Positions 1 to 12,500 of a stretch of DNA of 33,444 bases are shown here, one piece after another. The position numbers were made by a program, and so were the translations under genes. This DNA comes from Pelomyxa schiedti (taxonomy: Eukaryota; Protista; Evosea): NCBI GenBank assembly GCA_020536535.1, contig JAHLWZ010000982.1, positions 1-33,444 of the forward strand, given 5' to 3'. Below the pieces are notes generated by a model. That model was not told where the DNA came from, did no database searches, and saw nothing but the letters and a program-made list of their open reading frames with translations. Each line of letters begins with the position of its first letter. Position 1 is the stretch's first letter.

Positions 1-1730
1 AAAGTTGAGTGGGTCAAGAAAAAACTAGCTTGCAAAGAGGCATACCAATTACATATATCCATGTTAATTTACGTACAAAAATAAATGCAATTTCACAGCC
101 TGCTTCAAATGTCATAGCAAGAAGTGCAAATGGTTTCCGCCCAATAATCTTATCACTGATTGGGCCAAAGGGAATCGAAAAAATAACTGAGGTACCCATT
201 CGAATTAGGGAATAGATTGAAGCAGCCTACAGGAAAAGAATGTCAAGAATGACTCTTTGGGTACGAGGAGATACCGACGAGGCATCTGTAACACAAGCAA
301 TGTCAGCAAGCCAGTACTGACGATACACACTGGAAGTGGAGGCAAGGAACCAGCAGCCTCTTTTTATGATTCAGTATCAAATTTAAGTGTTAGATAAGTA
401 CGTCATTATAAGAGACAGCAGGAAGTCAGGGTGTTTTCTTGGAGAAAACGTATATGATTTGAAAAAGTTAACAATCATCACGAAGAAGTTCTTCACTCTG
501 CTTGAGAGTTGCTTTTGCGGGGGTGGGTGAGTTTATACAATACGGAACCCATACTTTAGATGCCACTAATACAGGATGCTCTGGTGGAAGATTCCAGGTT
601 CGTTCTTGCGCAAAAATTATTGTAGGAATTGTGCACACAATGACTGCGGCACAATAAAGCCCGCAGATGAGTTCTGTGGAAAGATCAAACGAGGTCAGCA
701 TAAAACCTTCCGAAAGGTCTTAGAAGGAGGTCAATCGAACTGGCCAAGTTACCAATTGTAGTCCCTCCAAGAGTGGCAATAGACGAGGATGCAGAGCCCA
801 TCCCATGCTGAGAAGAAGGGCATATGTCCGGGAGTAATGCTGACATTGTTGATGAGCCAATAGCAATTCCAGTGAATGTGATGAAGTAGCTAAGCAGAGT
901 GATTGACATTTTTTTGAATGACAGGAAATACCCCAGAAGCAACACAGAGAGAAGTTCAAAAATGTCCCCAAACAGAAAACCAAGGAGTCCAATTAAAATT
1001 ACGACCGATGCAAGGATCACAAAAGGGCGCCGTCTTCCTTTTCATTTTGTTAGAGGATAACCTTAACTCAAGAATTTAAACCTAAACGACATACACATCT
1101 GTCACTCCAATAGATGCAAGCAACTCCAGAGAGCTCAAAAATGATGCTAATACCACCAGCAATTCCAACAATCGAAGCCGCACCAACAGGTTTGAGTTCC
1201 CGCACCACTGCTGGAAGAAGGATGCCGGATAGACTACCAGAAATATGAATATCCAATCTCGAAATATAATATAACAACTATTTCACATAAATGGAGGGTC
1301 GGGGGTAGCATTCAAGTTGAATGCTTGCAACTTACCTTTGCTGAATGACGCCGCTCCCAATAAGCCATGTCATACTAAGCAATAGTCTCCACCACGGCTT
1401 CGGCGATATGAATTCGGTTGAGTCCAACTTGTCATGATGATGATGGTGGTGGTGCTGCTGCTGCCGCCCCGCGCCCCCGCACTCACACCCACCATCACCA
1501 TCACCCTCACCCCCTTCCTCCGACGACGCCGCCTCCTCCTCCTCCTCGATGTGCTGCTGCTGGTGGTGGTGGTGCTGAAGCAGCGGGGTACACGGGCTCC
1601 CTGCTGCCTCTGAAGCCTCCTCGTCCTCCCCATCCCCCTCCTGCTCGTTGCTTGTTGTCGTAGTCCTCCTCACCCCCCCACCACCGCCAGGTCCCTCGTC
1701 CTGCCCGTCCCCCCCTTCATTGTCACTCAT
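1..1730 (-). CDS. Major facilitator superfamily transporter (sucrose/SLC45-like motif A), multi-exon, 3' end runs off the window
   Basis: ATG at 1730 (MSDNEGG...), first GTAAG donor at 1335. The spliced product has hydrophobic TM segments, two MFS motif-A signatures (YWSDRCVCRL/GRRRPF and GPISDKIIGRKP) and ALLPDICPSSQHGMGS. The N-terminus is long and acidic/His/Gln-rich. Confidence 0.85.
1434..1575 (-). repeat. Coding trinucleotide repeats (poly-His, poly-Gln, poly-Glu) in the MFS N-terminus
   Basis: (TGA)n, (TGG)n, (TGC)n and (CCT)n runs on the + strand encode HHHHQQQH, EEEEE and QQQHHHHHHH on the - strand. Confidence 0.85.
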
Positions 1731-1906
1731 GTGATTCGTCGTTGTCCTTTGCGAAGGAGAATGCAAAAATTGGGTTCAGAGCAGATCTTGATGCAAAAGT
1801 CCCATGGTAGGAGGTCGCCTTGCCATTGTTTTCATCATTTTTGGGTTTTTGGTGGTGGACGTGACAGTACGGCAAAAAATCTTCACCTTGGAGGCGTGCT
1901 TTTAAG

Positions 1907-3184
1907 TTATGGGATTTTGTTGTTGGTAGTGGTCCTAGCCCTCTTTGGAAACATTAGGCCACGAGAGAGTGGCTCGAATGAGATGAAGGCCTTGGGTAGG
2001 CTGGTTATTCTGGTGAAGGACTTTGTCAGCATGGTGAATGAAGGGTGCTCAAGGTCACCGGCAGTGAGGCAGCAGAGGTCGACAGCAGACACTGTGGATT
2101 CGCAGTTACCGGGGGACTGGTGGAAAGACGGTGTGAGGCAGAACCCAGTGGTTGAGAATGTGGAACCCGATGGCGCGCTTCCGGCGATACTGGGGGGTGC
2201 TGTGGGGTCGTCGGCACTGTAGACTAAGTAGTCGCCTCTCTCTTGGGTGTGGATGTGGTTGTCCCCAACTATCTGGGTGTATATGAACAAGGGGATTGCG
2301 GTGTCTGTGCCTGTGGTTAGGTTGACTATGAAGCTGGTGGAGGCGTCCCGCAGTACCATGAATGGAGCACCTCTATGAGACCAGAAAAGCCCTGGGATGT
2401 AGTGCGAGCACGTATCTAGCAGCGGGCCGGAGTACTCGATGGTCCTTGTGATGGTTTCATATTCGCCTTGGTACCACCGAGAGAGGTCCGCAGTATGTAC
2501 GCGCAGTGAATCCCAGGGGTAGTCAAGGAAGGTAAGTTCATTCCCATAGGCTATTGAGGAGTCACTGTGAGAAAACTGGAAGAGTGATGTAAATATGGAC
2601 TTCAATGGAAATTGCACGTGTGGCTCTTGCTGAGGAACCGCCTCTTTCACTTGCCAAATGTGAAAGCATTTTGCAGGTTCTGTGTAAGCCACAATCCAGT
2701 TTTGGTTACATTTAACATCGAACTTGTTAATACAGTGAGCAAGTGATGTTGTCCAGGCCGTTTTCTTGTTACAACCCAGCCTTCTACCAACGAATTCTTC
2801 CCTCCATAGCAAGAAAGTGTCGGTATATCCATTCTCCGGCCTCTTGTCCATCATCAACCATACGCTGCCATACTCGTCGAGCTGTCCAACCACCTGGATT
2901 GCAGCAAGTGACTGCTCATACACACGCCACGGATTTTCGCAAATACTGCCAATCGGTGACAAGCAAAAGGTGTACAAACCAGAAGCAGCCTCAAAAAACA
3001 GCCTACGGCGCGCACAAGGCCGCAGTCCCAAAACGTATTTGCCAATCTCGTGCAGCACAAACGAAGTGACACGAACTGCTGGAGAATTGACACCACAACG
3101 GGCCACAGCCGCCGCACACAGGGCCGCTGCTTGGCCTATGGCATCGCATTTAGGAGGCGGCTGGAGAAACACAACATCTTCCAT
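1907..3184 (-). CDS. Intronless hypothetical protein, 425 aa, probably from a lineage-specific expanded family (possible beta-propeller body)
   Basis: Uninterrupted 425-aa ORF with ATG. N-terminal 'QAAALCAAAVARCGVNSPA' and internal 'KCNQNWIVAY' resemble, from memory, a large Pelomyxa-specific hypothetical family. Divergent from the HECT gene. Confidence 0.7.
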   Translation of the reverse strand: MEDVVFLQPPPKCDAIGQAAALCAAAVARCGVNSPAVRVTSFVLHEIGKYVLGLRPCARRRLFFEAASGLYTFCLSPIGSICENPWRVYEQSLAAIQVVGQLDEYGSVWLMMDKRPENGYTDTFLLWREEFVGRRLGCNKKTAWTTSLAHCINKFDVKCNQNWIVAYTEPAKCFHIWQVKEAVPQQEPHVQFPLKSIFTSLFQFSHSDSSIAYGNELTFLDYPWDSLRVHTADLSRWYQGEYETITRTIEYSGPLLDTCSHYIPGLFWSHRGAPFMVLRDASTSFIVNLTTGTDTAIPLFIYTQIVGDNHIHTQERGDYLVYSADDPTAPPSIAGSAPSGSTFSTTGFCLTPSFHQSPGNCESTVSAVDLCCLTAGDLEHPSFTMLTKSFTRITSLPKAFISFEPLSRGLMFPKRARTTTNNKIP

Positions 3185-3510
3185 ACTGTCGTAGACACAA
3201 CGTCAACGTGCACGATTTTCGCTCAAAGGGATGTGATGCCCCTCGGTTTTTTTTTTTTTTTGGATTTGTGATGTCTGTTTGACAGCTTCACTTGTTGGGA
3301 GTTGGCACTAGTTGCCTGCGGTGTGTGTCATTGGGAGAATCTGACAGTCTCAGGAAGACAAGTGCCTCTCCAACTGCAGAAACCCAAAATCAAACAACCA
3401 AAAAAAAAAAAAAAAACCCACCCAAAGAGCGTGGTGCCGCGGATAAACGACAACCAAGTCAACAAAGCAACGCACACCGACACCAGCACAACCTAGATCT
3501 CGACTGCGGA

Positions 3511-6500
3511 ATGAGGAACGCGTTTGGTGGTGACGACTCCGGGAGGAGAGCGGAGGAGTTCTTTTCCATGACGAGGAGCACCGGCGGGCTGCCTCCTCCT
3601 CCCCCGCCTTCATTTCTAGGGGACTTTGGCACAGGCATCAGCCTTGGCGGCGCGTCGGGGCTACGGCTGAGGATGGAAGGCGAAATTGAGGGGAAGGCAA
3701 AGGTGGCGGGCACTGATGGCAAGGACGGCGACGTTCCAAGTTGGACCAGCTCCCAGCTGGAGTCCACCAAGGAAGAAGACTCAAAGTGGCTGTCGATGAG
3801 GGTGGGCTTGACTCGTTATAGAGAGACGAACGGCACTAACTAGCGATTTAGGAAGAAAGTATCATTTTCAATGAAAGCTACTGCACAAAGAAATACATGG
3901 AGCTAACTGACGATGACCAAAACGACCCTGATGCAAAGCTCCTGTCCTTTTTAGATGAAATTTCCGAAGATTTAAAGTCTAAGCCCCTGGAGGTATTTTT
4001 CTTTCTTTGGGCTTCTGAAACGAAATACAGAAGCACAAGCACAAGAAATCCTTGGACAGTGAAACCAGTTGGAAAATTATTCTTGGGTCATCTCCATCTG
4101 TCCCTTCAGCAGACCATGATAGTGATGATATTGGTAAAAGGGCTGCAAGACAACTTTTGCAACAGTTGCTTCAGCTTTACCGGAGGTTCGCCATTTTTTT
4201 TATGTATCTTTGCCTGAGGTTTTTTAAGTCCAGGGTTGGCATTTGCCTCTGCATTGCAAAAGCGCATGATGGTTCAAAAACGCATGCATACGGCTTATAT
4301 GCGCGAAAGTATGCGCAAAAAGCAAGACAAGGTATAGAATTCCACTTCATGCAAAGGAATTTAACTGCAGTTAGACTAGTAACCAAGTCAGTAGCACTGG
4401 AAGCAGTAAAACTCCTTCAGCACCTTTTGTTGTCCGATTGGCTTTGATGAGCACATTCCAACTTCTTCAATCACTTGAATCTGTTCCAGGCATTAACCAT
4501 GCAAAACTTTGCACAGATATACTTGGGACACTCATTGATATCTTGAGTGTGTATATGGTTAGTTTACACTTCATAATATTTTCTACAGAAACTGTTGGAC
4601 CATTGGGATTACATGATGAAGCTCAGGATTGCATATCCATGGTTTTGAAATTCATATTATCACGCCCAGAAAAGACACCTCAAGTCTTTTACTTCCCTGA
4701 CCTCTTCTAAAGTAGTTAATGTAATAAAAGATTCTGGAAGCTCTTACTGGTGTTTCTGTATTGCTTGGAGATACAGATAAACTCTTGGAGCTTATAAACA
4801 TCCTCCTCTCAGTGAAACAGCTTCAAACTGCGACGATGTCTGAGGGATCCTGTGCTGACTCCATCCCTAAAATTGACACGTGGCCATTTTTGCAACACCT
4901 AGCAAATCATAACTTGGATATTACTCTGTCTGTCATGCTCCAGAAAGCAGTACAAGGTTATTCCCCTAATTTCCAATACATTTCACTTAACAGAGAATTC
5001 CCCAGAATTTTTGACATCTAATGCCCCTCCTGAGCCAGTTCCAACCTCGCCAAGTGCCAATGGGCCAAGTGTTTCCTTGGTTTGCAATTCCTCACCAGTA
5101 ATAATATATCTAAGATGTTGCAGCCATCATGGAGTGCCATTGCTTCCGATGGAACTCATATCTTCATATTAGATGATACAAATGGTACTTTGAATAATCT
5201 CTTAAGGTGTCTCATAAAAACTAGGTCTCGTCAAGGTTGGCACTGGCTTCAATAACAGCATTCAAGGTCATGTCTATGACTGTAATTCTGAGCTTAAACC
5301 AAAAGTTGCCAGCAAGAAGAAAAGGCACTTTTATTTTCAATCAATTCACCCATTGTAACTCCCCAAGGTGGCTTTGTTGTATTGGGAAGTTTCTCTATGC
5401 ATCTTCCATTGAGGAGGAAACAACTCCAGCAAATCCTGCCTCATCATCTGAAGGAGCCCCAGCAGAGCGACCAACCTCAGTAAGTGATGATGTCCAGATG
5501 GAGAATTCTCAGTCTGCAACCACCTTTGTGAGCATCACTGTCATATCCTGTGACACTCTTCAAGTTGTCAAGTCCATAAAGTGCTGTTTACCTGAAGTAT
5601 ACACGACCTCAACAGCACAAAAACAATCCTCAAATTCCAGCTCTTCCAGCCCATACACACTTTCACATTCTGCCTTTTGTTCAGGTGAGGCTGGGCACCT
5701 AACTTCTTTCTTTGTGTTTACTCTTTGTTCAGATGGACAGTTTATTTTCATTCAAACGAAGAGAGAGACCAAGGAATCTACAACAAACCCAGCACCAGTT
5801 GTGGTAAGTTACAGTGGCAGTGGCAGTATTTCTTCAGGCGCTTCATCCCCCTCGTCCACCAAAACTTCTTGGTGGCTGGAGGTCTTTGATCCATCTGTGA
5901 TAACAGGTGATGGGAAAACTGCAAAATAAATGTCATTTACACATTTCAGATGAAACTGCAAAACACATTAAATCTCTAGAACTTTTCGGGCCAATGCCTG
6001 AGTCAACAATCCTGCCAGCCAAACACACACCAAAGACATCAGACCCAAAAGGGACACCAGGTTTGCCTCTGCACGTTTTATTCATTCTTCTAACTCGTAC
6101 TCGTACAGAACCTGCATTCACTGCCCAGCTATTTGAAAAGGGTTACCCATATGCCACCCCAATGCAATATGTGGTTATGTGTCCCCCCGAGGCCTGTAGC
6201 AGCACAACAGATTTTATGGGAAGAGTTTTTTCTCTTGACACTGGAAAACACTTGTGGGATGTCAACATGCACACAACCCCATTTGGCAAGTGTAAATTAC
6301 CAGTAAATCTGACTCACACACCTTAGGATTAAGCACATGTTATGACAGTGTGAACGATGTACTATGGAACTTTTCACTGAAGCATTCACACGTCGGCTGG
6401 TGGGCGAACATGGGTCCAAGGAATAAGACTGATATAATCCCGGAATCACTCTTTGCTCCTTCTCTCAAACTGCTGACACCTCTTCGTATGAACGCTATCT

Positions 6501-9500
6501 TTATTGTCTTACCTGACCCACAACGAAGAAACGGCGGGAATTATTCTTAGTCACATGGAGCGACTGGCGCGACAGCACAGCAGAAATGAGACTGAGGACA
6601 AAAACCATTCATTTGACTCATTATCTCATCCTCTTTGTCTTGTTGTGCATCCCGTTCCGTCGTTCTTCAGGTGTCTATTTCCATCTTTGTATGACAGCTT
6701 TATTTTAACATTTTCACAGTACAATTCATGAAGTTTTGACAAAATTGGTGGAACTATTCCTACACTCATCTTCAAATGAAAAGCCACTCGCAATCAAAAT
6801 GCTAATTTCCATATTAAGAGTGGTACATTGCAACATCAGGTCTCTGATTGTAGAGCCACCTCCATCCGTTGACGCGGGTATGTTATAGTGTAGTGAGATA
6901 TGTATGACTCTCATTTACATTATGTAGAACTAGCTGTCCTCCTTCAAAAACTTCGGTGCCAGCTTGTGTCACTCCTTTCTTTACCAAACTCATCTGGTGA
7001 AGCCGACTTGCAGCAGGTCATATGTGCCACTCTGGCTAGTGGTCTTAATTTATTTTACCCCACTCGAGAAGATCAGCGAAATCTTTTACTCGATCTGATG
7101 TCCGCAACTGATGTGTGTTTCTCCATTACAAAGGATAGACATTAATTCGGAACACAGGCACAAAATAAATTGATTGAAGCTGTATTCACTGAAATTGGGT
7201 CCCATTCACTTGTAAAAGAGCTGTTGCAAGCGGATTCAAACCAAGAAGTACTGGATTTTTCCACAAAACATTGCATTAAAATACAAAAGAATAGCGCTCC
7301 GTCATGGGAAAGAGCCCAAAAAATCACTCTGTCTATCCTGGATTATGTTTTTTCGGAGGCAAAGCAGAGTATTGTGACCCTGAGTTCTCTTCAACACCTC
7401 ATCTCTACACCATTAGTTTCACCAGCCCTGAGGTATTCACCTGGAAACTTTAACCTACTTACCAAACATCAGGATGCTAATGGCCATTCAGCGTGAACTT
7501 GTAAGCTATCCTAAATACCAACACCTCTTGCTGCAGTTCGCAAAATATGCCCTGACGAAGAGCACGGAGTTGGTAAATTTTGTCCTGACACAGAAGAACA
7601 CAGCTGACAGTACCCGCTTCGAGAAGAACATAGATGCGGCAGTGAGAAATTCTTTCCTGGGAAACTGCATTCCATCACTTCTTATTACTCTATGCAGGTA
7701 TACTCTTCCTCCCTCCCCTTTCTTCACTAAAGAAATGAAGAAAACAATTTTGCGAACATACCCAAGTTGCGGGTGATGTACTACCAACACTTCTTGAGTT
7801 AATCTCGATCCTTGGAAAATTTAATGATAGATTACCGAATGTTAGCTCTTGCGACAAGAGCTACTTTGAACGAGTTCAAGTATCAGATAACCTCCCTCTC
7901 TTCAAGCTCATCCAGATTAGAAATCTGACGAGCAAAGAATTGTCATTGAATCTCAGCATCCCTATCCCCATGGTGCGAACCAAGTCAAGAGGTCAGTAAA
8001 AATCCCTGGAGCAGAGGCACTGTGCCTTACATTCAGCTCCAAGTGCCGCACAGTCAGTTCTTCTGATGCCCTTCAGGTACATTACTTTAATTTCCTCCCC
8101 CTTCTCATTTAAACAGGTTCTGAAAGGCTCATCCGAACCAATCAACAACAAGCCGGCTTTCTATGAAACCTCTTTTCCAACCTCTCCTATTGTGGTTCCT
8201 GGCAACCACATAACTTTTGACTTCAGGTTGGACAAACATGTATTGCAATAGTACTTACAAGTTCACAGTGCTTCCACAAAACCAGACTCCCCCATGAGCC
8301 CCCTCCAGAAGTCACAGCGATGGGGGTTCAAGTGCGTTATAGTCGGAGTTGGAAAAGGGGCCTCCATGCCTCTTATTGGATCCTGGATTTTAGATGTGCA
8401 ATGTGTTGCGGTTCTCTTGGCTTCTCGCATCACCATGTTGAATGTAGCTGCTGAACCTGCAACAGAACTGGAAAAGGATAACAGATTTTGGCTTAAGGTG
8501 TGGAACTCCCAAAAAAAAGTTAATCTAACAAAAAATTTTGTAGGACAAACTCCTGCTTGGTGGCTTTGTTGTACCTTTGTCACCACATAAGCCGTGTGCC
8601 CCTCCAGCAGTTTCCCCAGTATCATCTGCAGTTCAAGTTTCCCCAGTCCCTTCTGTGCCTACAGCATCTCTGTTTAGTGAGCATCCCCTTGGAATCAATC
8701 CGTTCATCAGTGAGATATTAAGTGGTGAGGGTACAGGCGGGGCCTGCCTTCAATGGGTGCAAGCACATGCTTCCGGTAGAAGTCGCTACAGCAGGCTTGC
8801 CAAGTACTATACAATATTACACCATCTAAGCCCATTTACATTTCTACAGGCAAATTGAACAAGTTGAACGACATGTGGCAGCAACACTCATCCACCACCA
8901 CAAAGATATTCTTGCAGATGAACTCTCTAGGCACAGGGACTGGTCGCCTGCGGCAATACTGCCACCTCGCCTTATCAAGTCACTGTCAGATGTTGGGACC
9001 AAGATGTCACAGGTTGAACTGCCAATTTTCTTAATCCAGTTAACAGTGCATAGATAACTGGTTGGGTAGCATACACACTACAACGGGAAAAAGAGTGGAA
9101 TCAGTCAATAGATGATAAGGAGCCAAAGAAAGACTTTTTTGAAAGGCATGCTCTTCTGTTATCCCAATAACCAACAATATTCTTTAGGTTCGCCAATGTT
9201 CCACAGACACTAAAAGAAATGTGTGAAATCAAGAGAGTGGAGTATTCTAGTCTCGACCAGAATGCAACTATCACTAGGTTATGGAATACTCTGCAGGAGG
9301 ATATTGAACAGCATAAACCGTTTGTCTCCCTTTTTTTCGTTCTGTCATGTTGATGATCAATCACAGTTACGTACCTGTGTCTCAAGTTGTTGTTGGCCGA
9401 TGCAAGTTTCTCTTGTCTCTGGTGCCCTCTAAACGTGTTGTGAAGCCAACCAATATTCTTAGGAGGTGGATTTTCCCCTTCTCACAATTTGTGCTCAGTA

Positions 9501-12500
9501 AAAATAAGGTCTGCAAATCTAGCCTCACATACTCAGGATGGGATGGAAGTTGATTCTATCAGACATTCTACTCCTGCCCCTGTGAAGAGATCAAATACAT
9601 GTAAAATTTATTCTTTATTTTTCCTGGACAAACAAAATTAAAGATGATCCCGATATGGATAAGCACAAAACAAAAGAAGACGACCCTTCAATGTCACAGG
9701 AGGGTGGGATGCTAACACTCTTAGAAGCCTACAAGAACTGGTACAACTTCGTTGTGGTCTCTACTCTCCACCAATCACTTAAGGAAACAATGGCAATCTG
9801 AGGCCCATACAGACAAAGTTCATAGACAAACCGACCCTATGGAAGCCGTTTCAGTCTTCCTGAAAAGCTCAGTTGACGTTGAAAAGCTATTCACTTGCCT
9901 GTGCTTCCAGTCAAAGCGGGCGTTCAGACGCTTAATTGGTACTGAGTCTCCCATAGACGTTGAAAATATTAACAGCAATAGGACTACAACAGCTTGCCTC
10001 TCTTTTACCTCAGGGTAGTCTCTCCTGTGTCAAGCACCAAATACTTTGTCCTATCTCGCCTCCTCTAGCTTTTGGTGGACATGTTTTAGACAACATTCAG
10101 GTTTTTTTTGCTGACCACTCAACACGTTTGCTTACAGCTCTAAGCTTGCTGGGCATGAAGCTGTCACACAGGCAAGAACAATTTTCCATAGTATTCTTCA
10201 TACAGTTGCAACTGGTCTTCGGAAAGATGAAACTGGTAAACTTGCAGTACAGCAGAACTATAATCCTAACACATTTTAGATAGTATCACCAAGTTACTTA
10301 TGCTAAGGTTGTGTAGTACCGCCTTTGTGAAGGAAGACGCAACCCTCCTCCAAAACTTGGATGTTTTTAATATGCTTCTTGAGTTGGCTGTTAAGAAACC
10401 TCAAGGCCTTGTAAATATCCCAGGTTTTTCCCTTTCCCTGATCTTCTGCCTAGTTCGAAAAAGCATGCTGGATTGTCTTCTGTTATTTGTGTGCAAATGC
10501 AGCATCATGGAAGTTAACTGCCACATGCATTGATTCTACTTCCACTGTAACTACAGACGATGTTGGCTTCCAGCTTCAAACAAGCATTGTCAACTTGATT
10601 TGCTCAACCCTGAAAGTATAGTACTTTATTTTGAAATTTTCTAACAGAAGCAGTCTCTGTATCAGGAAAATGAAAGAGAATCCCAATGTTACGACTTAAT
10701 GCTACTTCTCCGCTTATTTGCCACAACTCAAGCTGCCAGAAGGTAGAGATTTCTTTATTTTTTTTGAACTTACCATTCAAAAGGGCTCTGAGTAAGATAG
10801 ACAACTTCCGGTGCCTTGTACTTAGTGTTACAAGTGCCACCTCCACTCCCCGACAAAAGCTCTTGGCTCTTTCCATGTGCAAGCAGTTTTTACCTTTCTG
10901 TGAGTTTTGTACCACTTACTAAAACGGTCTTACGACGGCTAGTGGTTGACATCAGTTTGGTAGAAATGCGTAGTGTCATGTCTGGCATTTTGGGATGTCT
11001 TGGAGTACATCTCATGCTACCGATTTCAGCTCCTGGTATTTATCCAACAATCTTTTATCATTGGCCCATTTTGCACTAGAGGATACGCAAATGGCAAACG
11101 TATCAGCTGCACCAACAGTCACTACGAATGTTAGCACTGGAAATCAAACCGACCGATCTCAACTGACTGGGAGCACTGCTGGGGATGAGGACAATCAGCC
11201 TTCTGCTGCACAACAGTGGCACCTCTACCTGATTTCGTACGGTTCTTCCTCTTCTTCTTCCAATGCCAGAAAGCTGATGGAAGTCTGCCACACTGCTGGA
11301 ATTCTGGTAAACCCCTTTTCTAAGAGTGTGGGTAGAAACCTAATCTGACCCAGGATTCATTTTTACCTGCTGCAGCAGCTACAAATTCCAGCTACAAACG
11401 ACAACTTGCCGAAATTTGGGCAAAGCAGTTCATTGAATCCCTGGATCATGTTGGCATCCTATTTGATTTCATCTTTTCGTAGAGCTAATTAATGTAGGGA
11501 CCACAACTTCTGAAAGCAGGCAGCAAAGCTGACTGCGACAAGATGGCGAAAGCTCTTGTATCAGATCAAGGATATGCCGGAACTGTTCTTGTCATTCCGG
11601 CACCAACTGAGGCCACAGACAAAACCTCAACTGATTTGAGAAAAGCCAAATTGCAGAGGAACAATGTCCGTCAGGAAAAAGGGCTTTACCAATCTGCACA
11701 GCCAAGATATGGATGCTCAACAGCGATGTCTGTAGCCAGTGAATGTGTTAGCTTGTTAAGAATGCTTCTGTCACTTCAAAAAGTATCTTCTATTGGTGGT
11801 GGCATATGGTCCACGGAATGCACTAATCTTATAACCTCTGGAATGTTAGAAATCACTCCAGGTACCCAATAATTACTGTATGTTAGATGCTGACTGGAAT
11901 AGATGTCAAGTACACACAGGCAGAATCAATTCAGCGTGGGGTTGCTGCACTTGCAGTTTGTGGTGGGTTTGCGGAAACTTTGCGAGTGGGTGGCCATGTG
12001 GTGATTTCCCAACCAACAGCAACTCTGCACAACAAGACAGGTTGGTAACCTTTCAACCTTCGTAACCTGACAGCATTTTAAGGAGTCGTCACACACTACA
12101 CTTTTGGTAGTTCCAAAGCACAAGTTCTTGTTGAAGGAGATGCCTCCAAGATTTCCCAGGAAGTGGATGTAATCCACCTTAAACCGGCACCAGAGACCCC
12201 TTTTGTGCCTGACATGCTACACATGACACCAAAGATTCTCAACCATCTTATGCTTTTGGTTGTGAATATTCATAAGAATGCTGTGTGTTTCCTTAACTCT
12301 CTGGAAGTACTCTAACACTATCCAAATCAGGTTATCGACTTGGCCACAGTCCATACAATACAACTTTATGCAACAAGGGCAGTTGCTAATGCTTTGAGGG
12401 ATATGACTGTTCAAGACATGCTCTTTGAAAGTGAACTGCATTCCTCTTATATTGCTCATCTTGTGGAATGTACTCTGAAGGGAACACCAGGTAAGAGTGC

